Assembly: GCA_964642795.1 (NCBI GenBank)
Contig: CAZXRQ010000003.1
Coordinates: 1 to 61,818, forward strand
Source of the DNA: an uncultured Oscillospiraceae bacterium
GTDB taxonomy: Bacteria > Bacillota > Clostridia > Christensenellales > CAG-138
Reading direction: 5' to 3'
Length of the DNA stretch: 61,818 nt
How positions within the stretch are numbered: the first letter of the stretch is position 1; every line of letters starts with the position of its first letter. A program made the translations under genes and the position numbers. Below the pieces are notes generated by a model, which was given only the letters and a program-made list of their open reading frames with translations, did not search any database and was not told the origin of the DNA. Positions 60,079-61,818 of the stretch are shown here, piece after piece.

Positions 60079-60106
60079 TCAGTCATAGCATGACGTGGAG
60101 GGTTAT

Positions 60107-61033
60107 ATGTACGCTAATTATGAACAGATAGCCGATGCGGTGCGCGCGCATCCGCAGACTAAGGTTATAGCCGTGGCGGCCGCCGAGGACGAGGCCGTTA
60201 TAAATGCGGCGCTTCATGCGCAGCGTGAGCGCATCGCGGAGCCGATATTCGTAGGCAACGGCCCCAAAATCAAGGAAATCCTGCGCACGCTGGATAAGAA
60301 TCCTGCTGATTATAACATAGAGGCAGTAACTGACGGTACGGCGGGGCAGGCGGCCGTGGAGCTGATCAAGGACGGCAGCGCACATATATTGGTCAAGGGG
60401 ATGCTGGAGACAAAGGATATACTTTCACCTGTGGTCAATAAGGCGAATGATCTGCGCCTGGGCAAGATAATGACGCACGTGGTGTTTTTTCAGCTGCCGG
60501 GCTATCATAAGCTGATAGTGCATACCGACGGCGGCATGGTGATATACCCTACGCTGGAGGATAAACGCTATATAATCGAAAATGCGGTGAATACGCTGCT
60601 TAGCATGGGCTATACGCTGCCTAAGGTGGCGGTGCTCGCCGGCATAGAAAAGGTCAATCCCAAAATGATAGAAACGCTGGATGCGGCGGAGCTGAAGCGT
60701 ATGAATCAGGAGGGGATAATCAAGAACTGTGCAGTTGAGGGGCCGATATCCTATGATGTGGCGATGGATGCCGAGATTGCGCATCACAAGGGCTACGAAT
60801 GCCCGTACTGCGGTGATTTTGACGTGCTGATAATGCCCAACCTTGTGGCAGGAAATATACTTGGCAAATGCTATATAGTCACCGCCAAGGCGCTTATGAC
60901 GGGCATAATAGTAGGTGCGAAGGCGCCGATAGTTATGACCTCGCGCGGCTCCACCGCAGCGGAAAAGTATTATTCCATCGCCCTTGCCGCGCTTACGGCG
61001 TCCGGCGCGGGCGGCAAGCTGTACGGCGCGTGA
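60107..61033 (+). CDS. phosphate butyryl/acetyltransferase (PTA_PTB family)
   Basis: The protein is collinear by eye with clostridial Ptb (..KVIAVAAAEDE.., MVKG-like VKGML, MPNLVAGNI, VMTSRGS). RBS GGAGGG. Confidence 0.75.
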   Translation: MYANYEQIADAVRAHPQTKVIAVAAAEDEAVINAALHAQRERIAEPIFVGNGPKIKEILRTLDKNPADYNIEAVTDGTAGQAAVELIKDGSAHILVKGMLETKDILSPVVNKANDLRLGKIMTHVVFFQLPGYHKLIVHTDGGMVIYPTLEDKRYIIENAVNTLLSMGYTLPKVAVLAGIEKVNPKMIETLDAAELKRMNQEGIIKNCAVEGPISYDVAMDAEIAHHKGYECPYCGDFDVLIMPNLVAGNILGKCYIVTAKALMTGIIVGAKAPIVMTSRGSTAAEKYYSIALAALTASGAGGKLYGA

Positions 61034-61054
61034 TACTTGCATAAACATATACAA

Positions 61055-61094
61055 GAAAAAACAGGGGAAACGGATGATATGTCCGTTTCCCCTG
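61055..61094 (-). terminator. rho-independent terminator of rnpB
   Basis: 13-bp stem CAGGGGAAACGGA/TCCGTTTCCCCTG. On the minus strand it is followed by TTTTTTCTTG. Confidence 0.8.
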
Positions 61095-61104
61095 CGCAAA
61101 TTCT

Positions 61105-61463
61105 GCGGTGAGCAAGCCGTAAGCCGAGTTCTGTCTATGTGGGTGACCATCTATCTTGGAATACCGTTGCCGGTATCCTCCAGCGATTATCAAGAGCCTG
61201 GCGGGCAGCCATTTCTGCGGCGTAAACCGCAAGCGCTCTCATTCCAATCTTGCACCGGGTGGGGTTTACAGGGCGGACAAGTCGCCATGCCGCCGGTGAG
61301 CTCTTACCTCGCCTTTCCATCCTTACCGCATAAATGCGGCGGTATATCTCTGTTGCACTTTCCCTGGGGTCGCCCCCGCCGGACGTTATCCGGCACCCTG
61401 CCCTATGGAGCTCGGACTTTCCTCATGCGGTGTGTGCCGCACGCGGTCGTCTGTCTTACTCGC
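61105..61463 (-). ncRNA. rnpB: RNase P RNA, type A
   Basis: The minus strand reads GAGGAAAGTCCGAGCTCCATAGGGCAGGGTGCCGGATAACG...AGTGCAACAGAGA...GGTAAGAGCTCACC...GTAAACCCCACCCGGTGCAAG...ACAGAACTCGGCTTAC. P1 is formed by GAGTAAGAC and GGCTTGCTC. Ends are accurate to about 5 nt. Confidence 0.93.
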
Positions 61464-61487
61464 AAAACCTATATCAATTTAATTTCT

Positions 61488-61818
61488 TTAATACAGTATC
61501 CTTCCGCAGTTCTCGCACTCCACAATATCCACTCCGGCGCTGACCCTTTTCACCACCGCCGTCGGCAGCGACATATTGCAGCCCCCGCATTGATCGTTTG
61601 CCACCTTCGCTACCGGCACGGCGTGATGCGAGCGCACGAGCTCATACTCCTTGAGCAGCGCCGGGTCCACCGCCTTTGCAAGCGTTTCTGCCGCTGCACG
61701 CGCCGCCGCAAGCTCCGGCTCCGCGTCGGCAGCCTCCTTATCGCACTCGGCGCGCACCGCGTCGAATTCCTTCTTGGCGCGTCCCGCCTTTGTATAGGTC
61801 TCCTTATAGTCGGCGGTC
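61488..61818 (-). CDS. zinc-ribbon/coiled-coil protein (COG1579-like), N-terminus outside window
   Basis: The frame is open to the window edge. The C-terminus is CGGCNMSLP...CENCGRILY. Confidence 0.7.
   Translation of the reverse strand, partial: TADYKETYTKAGRAKKEFDAVRAECDKEAADAEPELAAARAAAETLAKAVDPALLKEYELVRSHHAVPVAKVANDQCGGCNMSLPTAVVKRVSAGVDIVECENCGRILY

Noticed and set aside
61135-61543. ORFs 61135-61320 (minus strand) and 61334-61543 (plus strand).
   Set aside because: They lie entirely within the RNase P RNA gene.

Overview
This is a moderately GC-rich, chromosomal core-genome segment of a spore-forming Firmicute. It looks Clostridia-like: a GerA-type germinant receptor operon, a type III glutamine synthetase, a SpoVD/SpoVE-style dcw cluster and an E. 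coli-type (type A) RNase P RNA. I support 52 protein genes, 3 micro-ORFs and 1 ncRNA (rnpB, minus strand, right edge). I saw no rRNA, tRNA, CRISPR array, transposase, integrase or phage genes. Gene order, with | separating apparent units:
- PBP1A (5' partial) - UDG-like - SH3/PG-binding secreted protein
- gerA-type A-B-C plus a 50-aa D-like ORF
- small helical protein, then cdaA-cdaR-FAD protein
- lipoprotein plus a 32-aa TM ORF | M42 peptidase
- leader-peptide attenuator plus an asymmetric heterodimeric ABC exporter
- RsmF-like methyltransferase | small membrane protein
- (minus strand) Cys-rich hypothetical <- YfcC transporter <- HtrA
- RocB-like M20 peptidase | (minus strand) gdhA <- glnN (GS III) <- YdcF <- EamA
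- secA - small membrane protein - prfB (+1 frameshift) - threonine aldolase
- hairpin-rich spacer | (minus strand) MFS <- lipoprotein
- pgk-tpiA-gpmI | MerR regulator, then YfcC paralog and M20D amidohydrolase
- engB | double zinc-ribbon acidic protein | metallophosphoesterase
- dcw cluster mraZ-rsmH-ftsL-PBP2B-murE-mraY-[structured spacer]-murD-ftsW-murA-ftsQ
- ptb-like | rnpB | zinc-ribbon COG1579-like gene (partial)

I did not find a convincing novel multi-gene system such as a defence island or mobile element. The signals most worth follow-up are cis-regulatory:
- a BmrB/BmrCD-like leader-peptide attenuator
- four genes whose ATG sits 6-7 nt after an extended -10 box with no Shine-Dalgarno (candidate leaderless mRNAs)
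- a branched stem plus U7 element inside the dcw operon
- an SD-sequestering hairpin before murA
- a textbook MerR-type 19-bp-spacer promoter in front of a transporter/amidohydrolase pair
- a 200-nt multi-hairpin spacer of unknown function

All function calls rest on motif recognition by eye; no database search was possible.
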